A DNA stretch of 64,000 nt from Blasia pusilla (Eukaryota), in NCBI GenBank assembly GCA_050084515.1, contig CM114271.1, positions 18,538,001 through 18,602,000 of the forward strand, in the 5' to 3' direction. A program made the position numbers and the translations under genes. Shown here piece by piece: positions 1 through 11,239 of this stretch. How positions within the stretch are numbered: the stretch's first letter is position 1; each line of letters begins with the position of its first letter. A model generated the notes under the pieces. It did no database searches. It saw nothing but the letters and a program-made list of their open reading frames with translations, and was not told the DNA's origin.

Positions 1-1628
1 TTCTATTTTGCAACCCGCCGGATTTCCACAGCTTGCAACTTTTCACATTTTGACCACTGCAGCTTTTTAACCACTTCCAAGCAATCGGTCCTATTCCGAC
101 AGGTTGGCTGCGTGAGTGGTCGGACTATTTCGGACTCTTTAGAGGCATTCTGGAGGGCTTCTTCACTTTGGCACCTTCCCTAGTATCGTCAAACAAGGCG
201 TAGGCTTCTTCTCTTCTCTAAGACATGTTGGATTCCTCCTACCTGTTGGATTGCCATCATGGTATTTCCAAGAACGGAGCACATATTGATACTGGATGGG
301 GGTCACATTGCAGAGCGTACAAGATATACAGTCGAGGAAGGCGATGGGACTCAAATCAGGTTACATGGGACCGTTATGGTGTACCAAGGGGGGGGGCCAA
401 GGCTCTCGAATTCGCCAACATTTTTTATCCCCGTCTACAATCGGCCAGAGGAGCCACTTGTATCCCTGGACATTCCTTTTGTACAGGAACCTAGGAGAGT
501 TAGGAGTAGATTTGTAGATGACGAGGCTGAAGAAATCATAGACTAGGTCAAATATACATTTTCGAGATTCCTTCGGATGTAATAAAGGACAAGATTTTTC
601 CAACCGATAATGGTGTTTGGAAAATTTTGCTGAATATTTTTTTTGGGCTTGTGGATTGTGTTCTTCTAGCTAATCAGAATTACAATTTTGAAACCGTATG
701 ATTCCGACGGGTTGCAACTTTTCACTTTTTGACTACTACAATTGTAAAACCATTTCCAGGCAAGCTGTCGGATTCCGACAGCTAGGCTGCTTGAGTGATC
801 AGACTCTTTCCCTGTGAGACCAACTTCTGGCGTATTGTGGCCGGCTTCTTTACTTTTGGCTCATTCCCCTAGATTTGTCAAACCAGTTGTAGGCTTCTTT
901 TCTTGTCTAAGATGTGCAGGATTTCTACTACGTGTCGGCTTGCCATTTCCTCCTCCGAACCTGTTGAATTCTCGTGGGTGGTGGGTGGAATGAAATCACT
1001 TCTCAAAATCTTTCCTTTGTTATGGTGAGCTTGCTTGCAAGGGGTGCAAGCCATCTGATTCCGACGGGTTGCAAGAGTTGCAACCTGTTAAATTCCGACG
1101 GATTGGGAGGGGTGCAGCTTCTCGGTTTCTTAGATTTAGGATGTGAATGAAGGGACATCAATTTCTCTTTACTCCAGACAGCTAATAATCTTTTGGTTCA
1201 ATTATCGTCTCCTATGTTCACATTTCACAAAGTTGGTCTTTATTTGATCCTTTCATTGAGATGAGATTGCTACTTCTAGTCAAAGTATCTGCCTAATGGT
1301 CCTCCAACAAAAATACCCTTGGGCGGAGCTTACTATAGACTGAGACAGGCAATGTGAAGAAACTTAGGCTCACATGGAGAGTGATGTAGTGGGCTTATGA
1401 TGTCTACTTGTTTTTCGCCTCCTGGAAAAAGAAGGTTTATTTAGGCCCGAATGTGGACCACTACCTACTCTCTTCTAAAGATTTCATGAATTTGAAAGGA
1501 AACAAAAAATTCAAATATGTCAAAAAGTTTCAAAGAGAGGAGGCGGATTTGGCCCTTTCTTTTGAAGAGAGACTCTTCTCTCTTCCTCTCTTCCTCTCTT
1601 CCTCTCTCTTGCCAAAATACCAGCCCCC
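1..1628 (+). mobile_element. Right arm of a second copy of the MULE-like ParB-MTase transposon (runs off the window's left edge)
   Basis: Colinear and highly similar to about 50438-52070. Similarity stops at the shared terminus ...CCA(A/G)AATACCAGCCCCC (1628 vs 52070). Beyond it lies LTR sequence of the DNMT-Gypsy element, so this copy appears to have inserted into that LTR. Confidence 0.85.
259..546 (+). CDS. Small 95-aa ORF of unknown function in the transposon right arm (intact copy)
   Basis: ATG in GCCATCATGG context; MVFPRTEHILILD...RVRSRFVDDEAEEIID*. The same start and stop occur in the copy at 50693-50978. Confidence 0.4.
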   Translation: MVFPRTEHILILDGGHIAERTRYTVEEGDGTQIRLHGTVMVYQGGGPRLSNSPTFFIPVYNRPEEPLVSLDIPFVQEPRRVRSRFVDDEAEEIID

Positions 1629-1870
1629 AATCTCTCCGATCTTTCCTAAAAAGTTGAGACAGTTGTTGTGTGCATACACATCGCTCGCCCAACTTGCTGG
1701 TGTTTAGGTCCCTCTAACTGATAGCCATCTTTCCCTGCCTACCATGACATACATCTGTCAAACGCTCTGAGCAAGAAGGCCGAGTGGTCATGTAGCCCGA
1801 TCGTTAGTCGCCTTATTGTCATCCATGTTAGAGAACAAGTCAAAATCTAGAACTAGCTATCTTATGTACA

Positions 1871-2025
1871 TCACGGACATATCCATTGTCCCTCGAGATG
1901 CCTAATGAGAGGTGGCATCACACATGGCATATGCCATCCTCCCGACCACCCATAATAGACTAGCATAGTGGTTGCACCATGGGTGGAACCACACAACATA
2001 CATTGCAAGCATGTAGGAACTTTTG
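1871..2025 (-). pseudogene. PHD finger at the integrase C-terminus (degenerate)
   Basis: CMLCGSTHGATTMLVYYGWSGGWHMPCVMPPLIRHLEGQWICP matches a partly decayed C4HC3 PHD pattern; a better-preserved copy is at 55046-55183. Confidence 0.8.
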
Positions 2026-3329
2026 CTGAGCTCAGATCAACTATACCGTCTATGTCTAGAAGATGATATGGCACACAACTATGCATATGTTCCTTCCAAA
2101 CCATACCATCGTATCCCTCGAATAAGAGAAGAGCCGATGGTAAAATCTCACGCACTCTCAAGATAGTTTGCCCAGTAGTCACATCCAACGTCGTGGGTTT
2201 CATCTCCTGCAAGTTGACTTTATCTCCTTGATGAAACCTCCGAAGAGTAGGTAAAAAACCACCCCCCCTAATAGTCGCATACCTCAATGCATCTTGATAT
2301 TGGGCAATCGCCAAGTTCTCAAACGCCATGGGTATTACTCTCTGAAATAGCTCAGCCCTCTGAGAACATGCTTGCATCCATACATCCAGGTCATCAAGGT
2401 CAAGCACCTCACCAACATCTCGATGAATGGCCATAGGTAAATCTGGCTCTCGGCCATACAAAAGCAAGTACGGTAAGAAAGACGATAAGGATGCCTACGT
2501 GTTAAATTTGTATCCCATTGCCAACCACGGCAACAGGAGGTCCCAATATCCTACATGACCTCTCTACAAGCCATACTTGCATAATCCTCTCTTCATTTTA
2601 TGCAAAAAACGCTCCACGAGTCCATCCGCCTCATGATGATCTCACTAAGTAGTGCGGTGGTCGATGATTGCCTTATGACGTAAGGTCTAAAACTCTCCGC
2701 GAAACTCTATACTCTGGTGTTTCACCACCTTAGCAGATGCGCCATAATGACTCAACACTTGATCAAGGAAGGCATATGCTACTCTCTTACTTATTTTGTC
2801 AGGAAATGCAACCAACTCTATCCACTTCAAAGTCCCCAACCATCACAAACACATAACGACTATGGCGATCCGTCAAACGCAAAGGTCGTGCAAATTCCAA
2901 ACTCCATCTATAACCTAAAGCCATGAATCAAAGAGGATGTAACAGTGGAGTCTCACCATTGAACGATGCGCAGACTTTATCACACATCATACATCTGGCA
3001 ACAAACCGTTGAACGTCAATGTGCATGCCTCGCCACCAATACTAAATCTCGAGCAAGCTACACGTCCGCTTCACTCTAAAATGACCCAACTCCTCGTGGG
3101 CATAATGCACCAAATGTACTCTCTTCGAAGGATGAGGCACTACACACACTCTACGATCCTTCCAAACTAGCAATACATGTGACCCCTCCCATCGGAACCA
3201 TCTGGCTCCTTGTAGGATCCGATTCCACTCTCTAGCACCCAGTGTGCTTACGACGCTACCAATACACAAGTACTCCTAGAACACTCCATCGTCATGAATG
3301 TCTCGGCCACCTATCTTCTCCTCACTGGC

Positions 3330-4900
3330 CTATGGATCTAAGGACTCTCCATCACACCTTGCAACTGAAGTCTCAACAACTTGGCTCTCCATAGCCAACA
3401 AGCCCAAATAAGCTAACCCATGCCATCCTAGCACTAACTCCTCATTTCTCTCATCATGCCAACTAGCTATTGGAGTATTTCGCAGACCCGAGCATGGGTT
3501 ACTAATCAAACTATCTGCATCCTGGTTGAGCGTCCCAAGTCTATGCACCACCTGAAAGTCATACTTTTGCATCAAAAAGTGCCCACCTCGCAAGCTTCCA
3601 TGTAAGCTTGTTGGACTCCATCAACCACTTAAGTGGCTGATGATGAGTTATGATGGTAAAGGGGTTGTCGTATAGATAACGCTAGTAATGTGCGAGAGCC
3701 CCTACCGCAGCCAAGCACTCACCCTCATACGAACTATACTTTGCCTCTACAACATTGTTTGAGCGAATTGCGTAAGCCATCACAAACTCTCGACCATCAT
3801 CGTCATGCTTGGTGAACATGGCTCCAAGCCCCATCATGCTTGAATTGGTATACAATTGGAAAGGACGCCCCCTGACCGGTCTCCTCAAAATGGGGGCGGA
3901 CGCTAATTTGTCCTTGAGTTCTTGAAATGCTCTCTCTTGCTCATCCCTATAGTGCATGCTTCTCTTGATTCACCTTGGTCTGCAAGGTTAGCGGCTTTGC
4001 AATGGAACTGAAACGCTTGACGTACCATGATAGAAGTTTGCCAATCCTATGAATGCATGAACTCGACTTTCATCTCTAGGGCGTGGAATGCGTGAAATAG
4101 CCTCTACCTTCGTCTATTGCACACCAAGCCCCCTTGGGTATATCGTATGACCCAAGTACTCAATCTAGTCATAGAAGAACTTGCACTTGCTGGGATGTAG
4201 CTTAATCCCATGTTACTACAATCATCGAAACACCTCCTCTAGATGTCGCTCATGGTCCTCAACCGTGCTGCTATAGACCACGATGTCATCAATATAACAC
4301 CTAGCAAAATCGGGACCTCCCAAGATCCTATCCATGACACTCTGAAACTCAACCGAGGCCTTTTTAACCCAAAAGGTGAGAACTGCCACCCGCACAAACA
4401 ATCCTTCCCATGAGGATCGATGCCCCAAAATATCGTCTTCTGCCTGTCCTCTAATCTGATAGGTAGCTGATGGTTTTCGGCTCGAAGATCTTACCAAGTG
4501 AAGACCTTTGCATGCTTAATCCCATCAAAGATCTCCTCAAGGGTGGGCATGGCATACCTATCCAACTTTTTGTGCCGATTGATAGGTCGGTAATATCCAC
4601 ACATCCACCTATCCGTCCAGTTGGAATGCATATCCTTCTTAGCGAGCATGAGAGTGGCAAATGTATATTCTACATGGAAGATCTCCACTAGTCTTGCTCC
4701 AACCAAGTACTGGCTCCTTATTAGAGTCAAAGCCCTTTCCATGTCATTGTACTTGTAGGGTCCTTGGAAGATGGGTGTGTCACTCGACAACATAGTGCAC
4801 ATCCCTGGACCCTTCAACGTATCCAAATCCTACATGCTAAATGCAAAACATCTCCTATTACTCCTTAGGAGCTGATTTATCGAGCGTCACTCTTCTCGTG
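3330..4900 (-). pseudogene. Gypsy reverse transcriptase and RNase H (frameshifted)
   Basis: RMCGYYRPINR, YAMPTLEEIFD, CYIDDIVVYS, AFQELKDKLASAPIL, YSSYEGECLAAV, YDFQVVHRLGTLNQDADSL. Confidence 0.9.
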
Positions 4901-5279
4901 TGAATTTAGGGCCCATATCTTGCTCCCAAGTCTCCATCTTGATTTTGGTAGGACTCTCCAGTTTTCAGTGGCTGATATGCTACGACACGGTCTCTGAAAA
5001 TAGAACTCAACAACTCTCATGCTGCCAACTGCAAAATTTGATCTCCACTTGTTGTACCCAGAACCACACTCCATGTTATGGTTATCATCTTATGACATGC
5101 CTGCAAAACATCCCAAGAAGTCTAAGGGTGTCTCTCCAGAACATCCCAAGTGTGTCAATCTCGTCGGGTCTCGCCCCAAGCCACTACCTCAATCGTCTCG
5201 GTAGGTATGAGGCTCACCAACTCAACAACTATGATAAATCGCATCCGCAAACAATTTTGCTCAGCTACTCTGAAGCTGA

Positions 5280-6215
5280 AAATCCATGTCAAGAAGTTTA
5301 GGTCCATCGCCTGACCTAAGACATGACGTTGTGATGCCTCTCATAGTGACGATATTGCCATCACTCCTATGGGGAATCCCATCGCTCGCTCTCTCTTATC
5401 GACGTTGAGCTCCACCAACCACTGTTCCACATCATGCCAATTCAAGCCAGGTCCAGCCTCCTTAAATGCATAGGAAGCAGGAAATCTCATAAATGTGGGA
5501 AAGGCTCCCTGTGGCGATCCAATCCTGTTGACCTTAGTCAATGGCGCTCAATCATCATGCCTCACTTTCTGTTATCGATGACAAGAATCCAAAATCAAAT
5601 CCACGAACAAATCAGAGGGGTGCTCCACTCTAGCAGACGCCATCCGCAAAACCTCATATGGCACCAAGTTGGTCCACCAAAGACGTGGGCGATGTGCTTG
5701 TGAACCTACACTCTCCGCATCCAACAAAACTGCTAGGGCAATCCATGCGTACACCTCATGTGCAGTCGTCACCACGCAGGACCTTGAATCGCCCAAAATT
5801 GGCACATTCTCTAGACTGTATGTTGAAGGACTGATACTCCTATAGATGTTGCAAGACCCGAATCATCTCCTAGAACAAGTTGGACCGCGAGTCTCCTACT
5901 CCGCTATCCCTTCTTGGACCCTACTAGCCCTAATATCGCCAATCAGCAATGACCAAGTCTATGGTCCCTACTCGCTCCAAATCGTGCATCCCTAGCAATG
6001 AAATATCCCTTGGTAGGGAATCGAGTATGCGTAGATAGCGGACGCAGACAACAAGTTGGGAAAACTGAGGTGTTATTGCGCCGACATGGTGAAGTGAAGC
6101 GCACTTCTTAACATCATCAATCTCAACATATATGAACTTCTCTACGCGTACTCATGCCTGCTAAACAACACCTAACCGAGTGCTGATCCCTCCAAAGAGA
6201 TCCAACACCCGAAAA
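5280..6215 (-). pseudogene. C5-cytosine DNA methyltransferase domain embedded in Gypsy pol
   Basis: Manual - strand translation: motif I RVLDLFGGIS (6211-6183), II FIYVEID, III LPRDI, IV IDLVIADWRY*G (decayed GWPCQG, ~5962-5928), V DSRSNLF, VI LENVP (5814-5800), VIII GSQAHRPRLWW, IX ERAMGFP, X HVLGQAMD. Confidence 0.88.
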
Positions 6216-6779
6216 TCCTCCTCTGGGATGTGCCACACAATGGGTGTGGTATCCAAGGGCGTCATCATAGCACTTTGGGCTACCTTGGTTTCTCTGACCC
6301 GTCACACTCAGGTGCAAACGTCTCGCTCCATATGGTCTGCACATGCTCAATGGCTAAGCGTCAAAGCTCCTCACTCCAGCCCCAAAGTGGCACCTCTCCT
6401 CTATGGATAGATGTGGCAAACATGACACTCCTGTCCATAGAAATATCGAGAATAGGAGTATCCTCTAGATGGAGATGTCCCTCAATCAAATCAGTAGGCC
6501 AAGTGATGACTGAGCTAAATGTTGCTAAGGTTGCCATCTCTCCAGGCCGGCGCTCAATCACTCCACCAGTGAATCAAATGGGTAGTGAGCTAAGGCGCCC
6601 ATCACCTGACTGCCATCCTGGTATGTAGGACGTAGAGTCCTCTCACTAATCTTGGGAAAATCCCATCAAGTACAACATTGATCCACCAACCAGAATGTCT
6701 TTGGACTCTACATGAGTTAGTAACGCCTTGGCTCACACCTCGGACTGATCTGTAGGATGTATCGGGAGAGGCCTCACCA

Positions 6780-7149
6780 CGACCTCTTGTTGAGTGATAA
6801 ACTATGTGGTACTTACTCCACCCAAGGATGTATATATCCAAAATGGAAAATGCTCCACATCGGTCCTCGTCACGCCCAAACTTTTGAATGCTGCTTTCCC
6901 TGACATCGGGGATTGCACTCCTAAATCCAACAAGACACGCCACACACTAACAGCTCTACCTCCTAGACTCAGCAACTGGAAGAGATCTCCCCAATAATCA
7001 AGCAAAACAATGCCAAGAGAACCCATGGCACGCTCTATCGCGGGTCTAGCATGCATCTCCACCATCCTAGAAGCCGCCTGCCATGAATCTGACGTGGACG
7101 GCCTGAGCATCAACTCCTTGGGCAGGTCCATCACCTCCTCCGCAATCAC
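6780..7149 (-). pseudogene. Retropepsin-like aspartic protease of Gypsy family A
   Basis: RVLLDLGVQSPMSGK resembles the LLDSGA catalytic motif and lies between gag and DNMT/RT. Confidence 0.6.
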
Positions 7150-10129
7150 CTCTGAACACTATGCACAAACTCCAAATCCTTGCTCACATAGCATAAAGGC
7201 CGGTCAAAAAACCTGGACGGGCGGACCTCCCAAGGTCATACCATCAGAAGCTGAAAATAAAGGAGCGCGGTACACAATAGTGGCCGCCCCCAACAACGTG
7301 CTCGACACATGCTCCTTGTGAGCATCTCCAATAGCAGCCGTTGCTCTCGCTTCTCCCATCGCCCTTCGTGCCTACACACCAACCATATCACAAAATCTAT
7401 GAGAACTCTGATCAAGACCTATCGATAGGGTCCTCATTGCCTCGGACAATGTGAAGGACTGAGGAAGCCTAGTCTATTTCCTGGCTTTCCCTTGTTGTGG
7501 ATCCAACTTTGCGGCTCCTGCACAAGAAACGACTACGGCGGCCTCTATTTGGGCAACACCGCACATCCAATGAGGATCCTCCACATCTCTGGCACCTCCA
7601 TAAGACGTCGATGCGACAGATCCAGAATCGGATAACCTTAATGCCAAAGCTGCAATATGTTGTTGTAGCTACTGTTTCTGAGCTGCCATCCTAGCCTCAC
7701 GCTCGACCTCTCTCTCGAGGCATCTAGGTGGTGGGACTCTACCTCCTCCACGTGCAACTCCACCATCCCCTCGGGTGAATCCAACTCCTCATCCCCCAAC
7801 GAGAGCACCTGGTGTTCAACCTGTAGGCCCACCCGGACCGGAAACTCCCTGTGAGGCCCCCTCATGCCCTCGGTCCGAACGTAACTCAGGGTGCAAGTTG
7901 AAACACTTGTTGCATGTGTGACCGTACCTCACACCGATAACCTTATGGTGCAACACCATCTCCTCCCCCATGCTGAGGCACGCGACCATGACCCTTATGA
8001 GTGCCATCGGGGACACTCACAAGGCAAGGGAGCAAAGTTGCGCCGCCTCATGCCAAAAGGTTCAACAAAGAGAGAATGAGCTCTCAACCTCTCTCTCCTT
8101 GAGGTATCCCGGCTTCCCTCTCCAAAAGTCTATCCTCGGTAACGTATGTGCGCATGTCACCTCCTTGGCTCTTGACCTACTGTAGGGGGTCAAGAGCCAC
8201 TTCCCAAAGTGGAAAGTCAACTCTTCCAAACATGCAAACTTACCGTGAATAGTAAGTCTCCCATGTTTCAGGTTTCCCAGGACATGAGCAGGTCATCGTC
8301 GACCTCCTGAGCGCCTCCTCTTGTACTCGCGAAGGCGCTCCACCAAATCTCTCAGGTCTATCCAAAAAAATCATGATTGTACATGTACTATGTTTTGCTC
8401 ATAGCTTTAAGAGAGTCAAACCTAGGAGTAGTCTTTATATTAGGTTTAGATGATACTCTTTATAGTAGATCTAGTAGGCATCTCTGCCAACATGAAACTG
8501 GAATCTTCTAAAAATTAAGGATAGATGTCTTGAGCAAAGGCTCAAAGGGCAGGTCGTCCTCCTTCTTTGGAATGAGTTTTGAACTTAAGGCAAAAAGGCC
8601 TGCTTCATTCTCACATACCATAGCCGCAAAAAAAAAAACCTCCCAACATCACAACATCAATAGAGAAAACCCATATGGGTGATATATGGCACTCGTTGCC
8701 CCCAAAAATGTACTGGATGGGTCTTCTCTTGAGCATCATCAATAGGTTGTTGTACTCGCTTTTCCCATCGCTCATCATACATGCATACCAACAACATCAC
8801 GCCTTTGGGGACCTAGTCATGACCTATGCATACCAAGCTTGCATATGGAAGAAGTTAGTGTCTGCGGAAACGTCGATCTGGTGCTCACCACCCCTTAATT
8901 TCTCATCCCCCTGATCCGCACATTTTTGTTCCTTCCTCCCCCCACCTCCACTCCCTTCCCCATTATTTCCCTGCCCACCCTCGCCCTGCCTTCTACCATG
9001 AGTTGTAAGTGTGGATCCATCCGCTTGCTATTCATGTCTGTGGACATGTTTAAACTTGTCCATGCATGTCCGCTTTAATTTTGCAACCAAGATCAATAGT
9101 TCCTTATTACCTTAAACAACATCAATATTTTAGAGAGCCTAGTTTGCTTCTTGGATTCTTCTTTCTGTGGATCTAAATCTATTATGGCTTCACGTCTGAT
9201 ATGATTGCCACTATCTACGTTACTCTTCACATCCAATTCAACCAAGATTCTCCATATCCCTCTCTGTTCCAAACAAAAAAAAAAAACCAACGCCGCAGCA
9301 GGAGATAAACTCTATGTCATCGTTGTTGTTGTAACAACTCTATGTAAGGGGGATTTCCACATTCACGCGTTGGGTCTCTCTTGACTTGTCTAGGTGGTGG
9401 ATCTCTACCTCCTCTACAAGAAAATCCACTTCCCCTGTGGGCATATCCGCCTACTCATCCACCTAAGAGACCACCTAATGTACGACCTTAGGCTCTACCT
9501 ATAACTCCAACTCCCTTTTGTTCCCTCTCCAACACCTGATCCAAATATAGCTCTAATGTAAACCGAAAATTCTTTCTTGTATATGGCCAAAGCGCTAGCA
9601 TTTCTCACATTGGAAAATTCAGGTTTGAGGCCCATTAGGTCCCACCAAATACAACACTTATCTACTACCATGATGGGTGCAATCTTTCTGGCGCTAGCCT
9701 CCCCCACATGCCCAAAAAATAACTCCTTGTTGTTATTGACTTGCATACAATATACGCCATCCATTTTTGTTGCACTAGTTCACCATAACTTCCCTGCACA
9801 TACTCTTGGTTTCATACTCCTGTCTCAAACTACATATGGTTGTACTTGTGGTATGGATGCCACTTGAGGTATCTGTCACATCTTTTAGGATGGTTCGACG
9901 AGTATTGACATGAATTGACCCTCCGTGGAGATCAATCAGATGATATGCTCATAACGTGGGGGATGAGTTGTAAAGGCCTTAGATAACCTAAAAGAGCAAG
10001 TTTCCCTTTTATTTTGGCTCATTTGGAACCATATGATAGCACTTAACATTTCCGGAAAGCTCAAATTATGGGACCCAATTGTCTTTGCAAATTGGGAAAT
10101 GGCTTTTGACCCCTTAAAGTAGGTCAACT

Positions 10130-10480
10130 ACCAAGGAGGTTACATACGGGCATATATTAATTTTCATAGAGAGACCTTAGGGAGAGGGAAGGGGTATCTC
10201 TTAAAAGTGAAATATTTAGAGCTTATTCATTTTTTTTGGAAACTCTTACAATGAGGCATCGGAGTTATGATCCTCCTTATCTTATGAATAATCCTTGCCT
10301 CTCAAAAGGAGAGTGGGTTTGGATTGATATGAGAGATAGATGGATATTATATGAGAGATTGGACTACTTTTAATTTCTTGGAAATATTTGGTTTATGATT
10401 GGCTTCATGTTCACTGCCATAAGTGGATATGGTATCTTATGATTATGTGCTTATTGTCAATGATATCGATGCATGTTGTG
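10130..10480 (+). mobile_element. Decayed family-A LTR fragment
   Basis: Similar to 28760-29020 (GGGAGAGGGAAGGGGTAT...ATGAGGCATCGGAGTTATG). Confidence 0.6.
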
Positions 10481-10749
10481 GAGCGACGCGCGTCAATACA
10501 ACATACATCTACCGAATAGTTCAAGGTTGCTACCCTCTCCTCTACCATTTGGCTCTTAAGTCACTTAATTAGCCAACTCAAACATGTCTCTTCATGTAGG
10601 TTATTATGATGTATGGTGTCACATCTTCCACCCTTCATCGTAGATGCCTCTCTAGCATCCCATACAAGAAGACCATCGGTTGGGTTCTGATGGAATCTTG
10701 TTACCATATGGGTTGTTACTATGATCTTTGGTTAGAGTAAAATTATTGA

Positions 10750-11225
10750 GCTTTACATCTCCAAAGTAGTAAAGCATTTTCACAATATATCGTTCGCATA
10801 CATGTCGGTACACAACATACATCATTGTCACTGAACATACACTTCACCGCGCACAATCTCATGCTAACTCATGGCATCCAAACATCAAGCCATTCAGTAC
10901 CAAAATATTTGCAATAACTCAATCAAATATTGATCACACACACACACACACACACACACTCTCTCTCTCTCTGAAATCAACCCCACTCTCCTAATGAGAG
11001 GCTTGGATTACACACACCAACTAAGGAGGAGTATAGCTCTGTTGCCTCATGCCAAGAGGTTTAACAAAGATAAAATGAGCTCCCTCCCCGGTCATCTCCT
11101 TTGTTGTTGATCAGCTGTAGCGGATCAAGGGTCACTTCCCAAAATAGGAAGTCAACTATATAAAAATGGTTATTTTCTCGAAATAGTAAGTTACTCAATA
11201 TGGTTCCAAATGAGCCAAAATGTTG
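10750..11225 (-). mobile_element. Family-A LTR fragments flanking a (CA)n(CT)n microsatellite (~10935-10972)
   Basis: The reverse complement of 10914-10790 matches the LTR start at 28380; 11225-10980 matches the LTR middle. Confidence 0.65.
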
Positions 11226-11239
11226 ATGTTCCTTGATCT

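Larger units (their letters stand above)
1629..8300 (-). mobile_element. Degenerate Ty3/Gypsy LTR retrotransposon, family A: gag C-terminus, protease, C5-DNMT, RT, RNase H, integrase, PHD
   Basis: Domain order on the - strand: Zn-knuckle-like GHTCNKCFNLHPELR (~7900), protease RVLLD(L)G (~6930), DNMT motifs (6215-5280), RT FARCYIDDIVVYS (~4290), RNase H (3957-3682), integrase (3270-2100), PHD (~2020-1871). LTR fragments at ~1629-1685 and ~8010-8280 match 28380-29020. Many stops and frameshifts. Confidence 0.9.

Noticed and set aside
1670-1700. Microhomology-mediated deletion of the LTR start at GCGA
   Set aside because: About 105 bp are missing relative to 55367-55473, but both GCGA copies are retained, so the junction does not show microhomology collapse.
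8350-10120. Possible gag or protease fragments on the - strand
   Set aside because: Too decayed; no diagnostic motif could be read with confidence.
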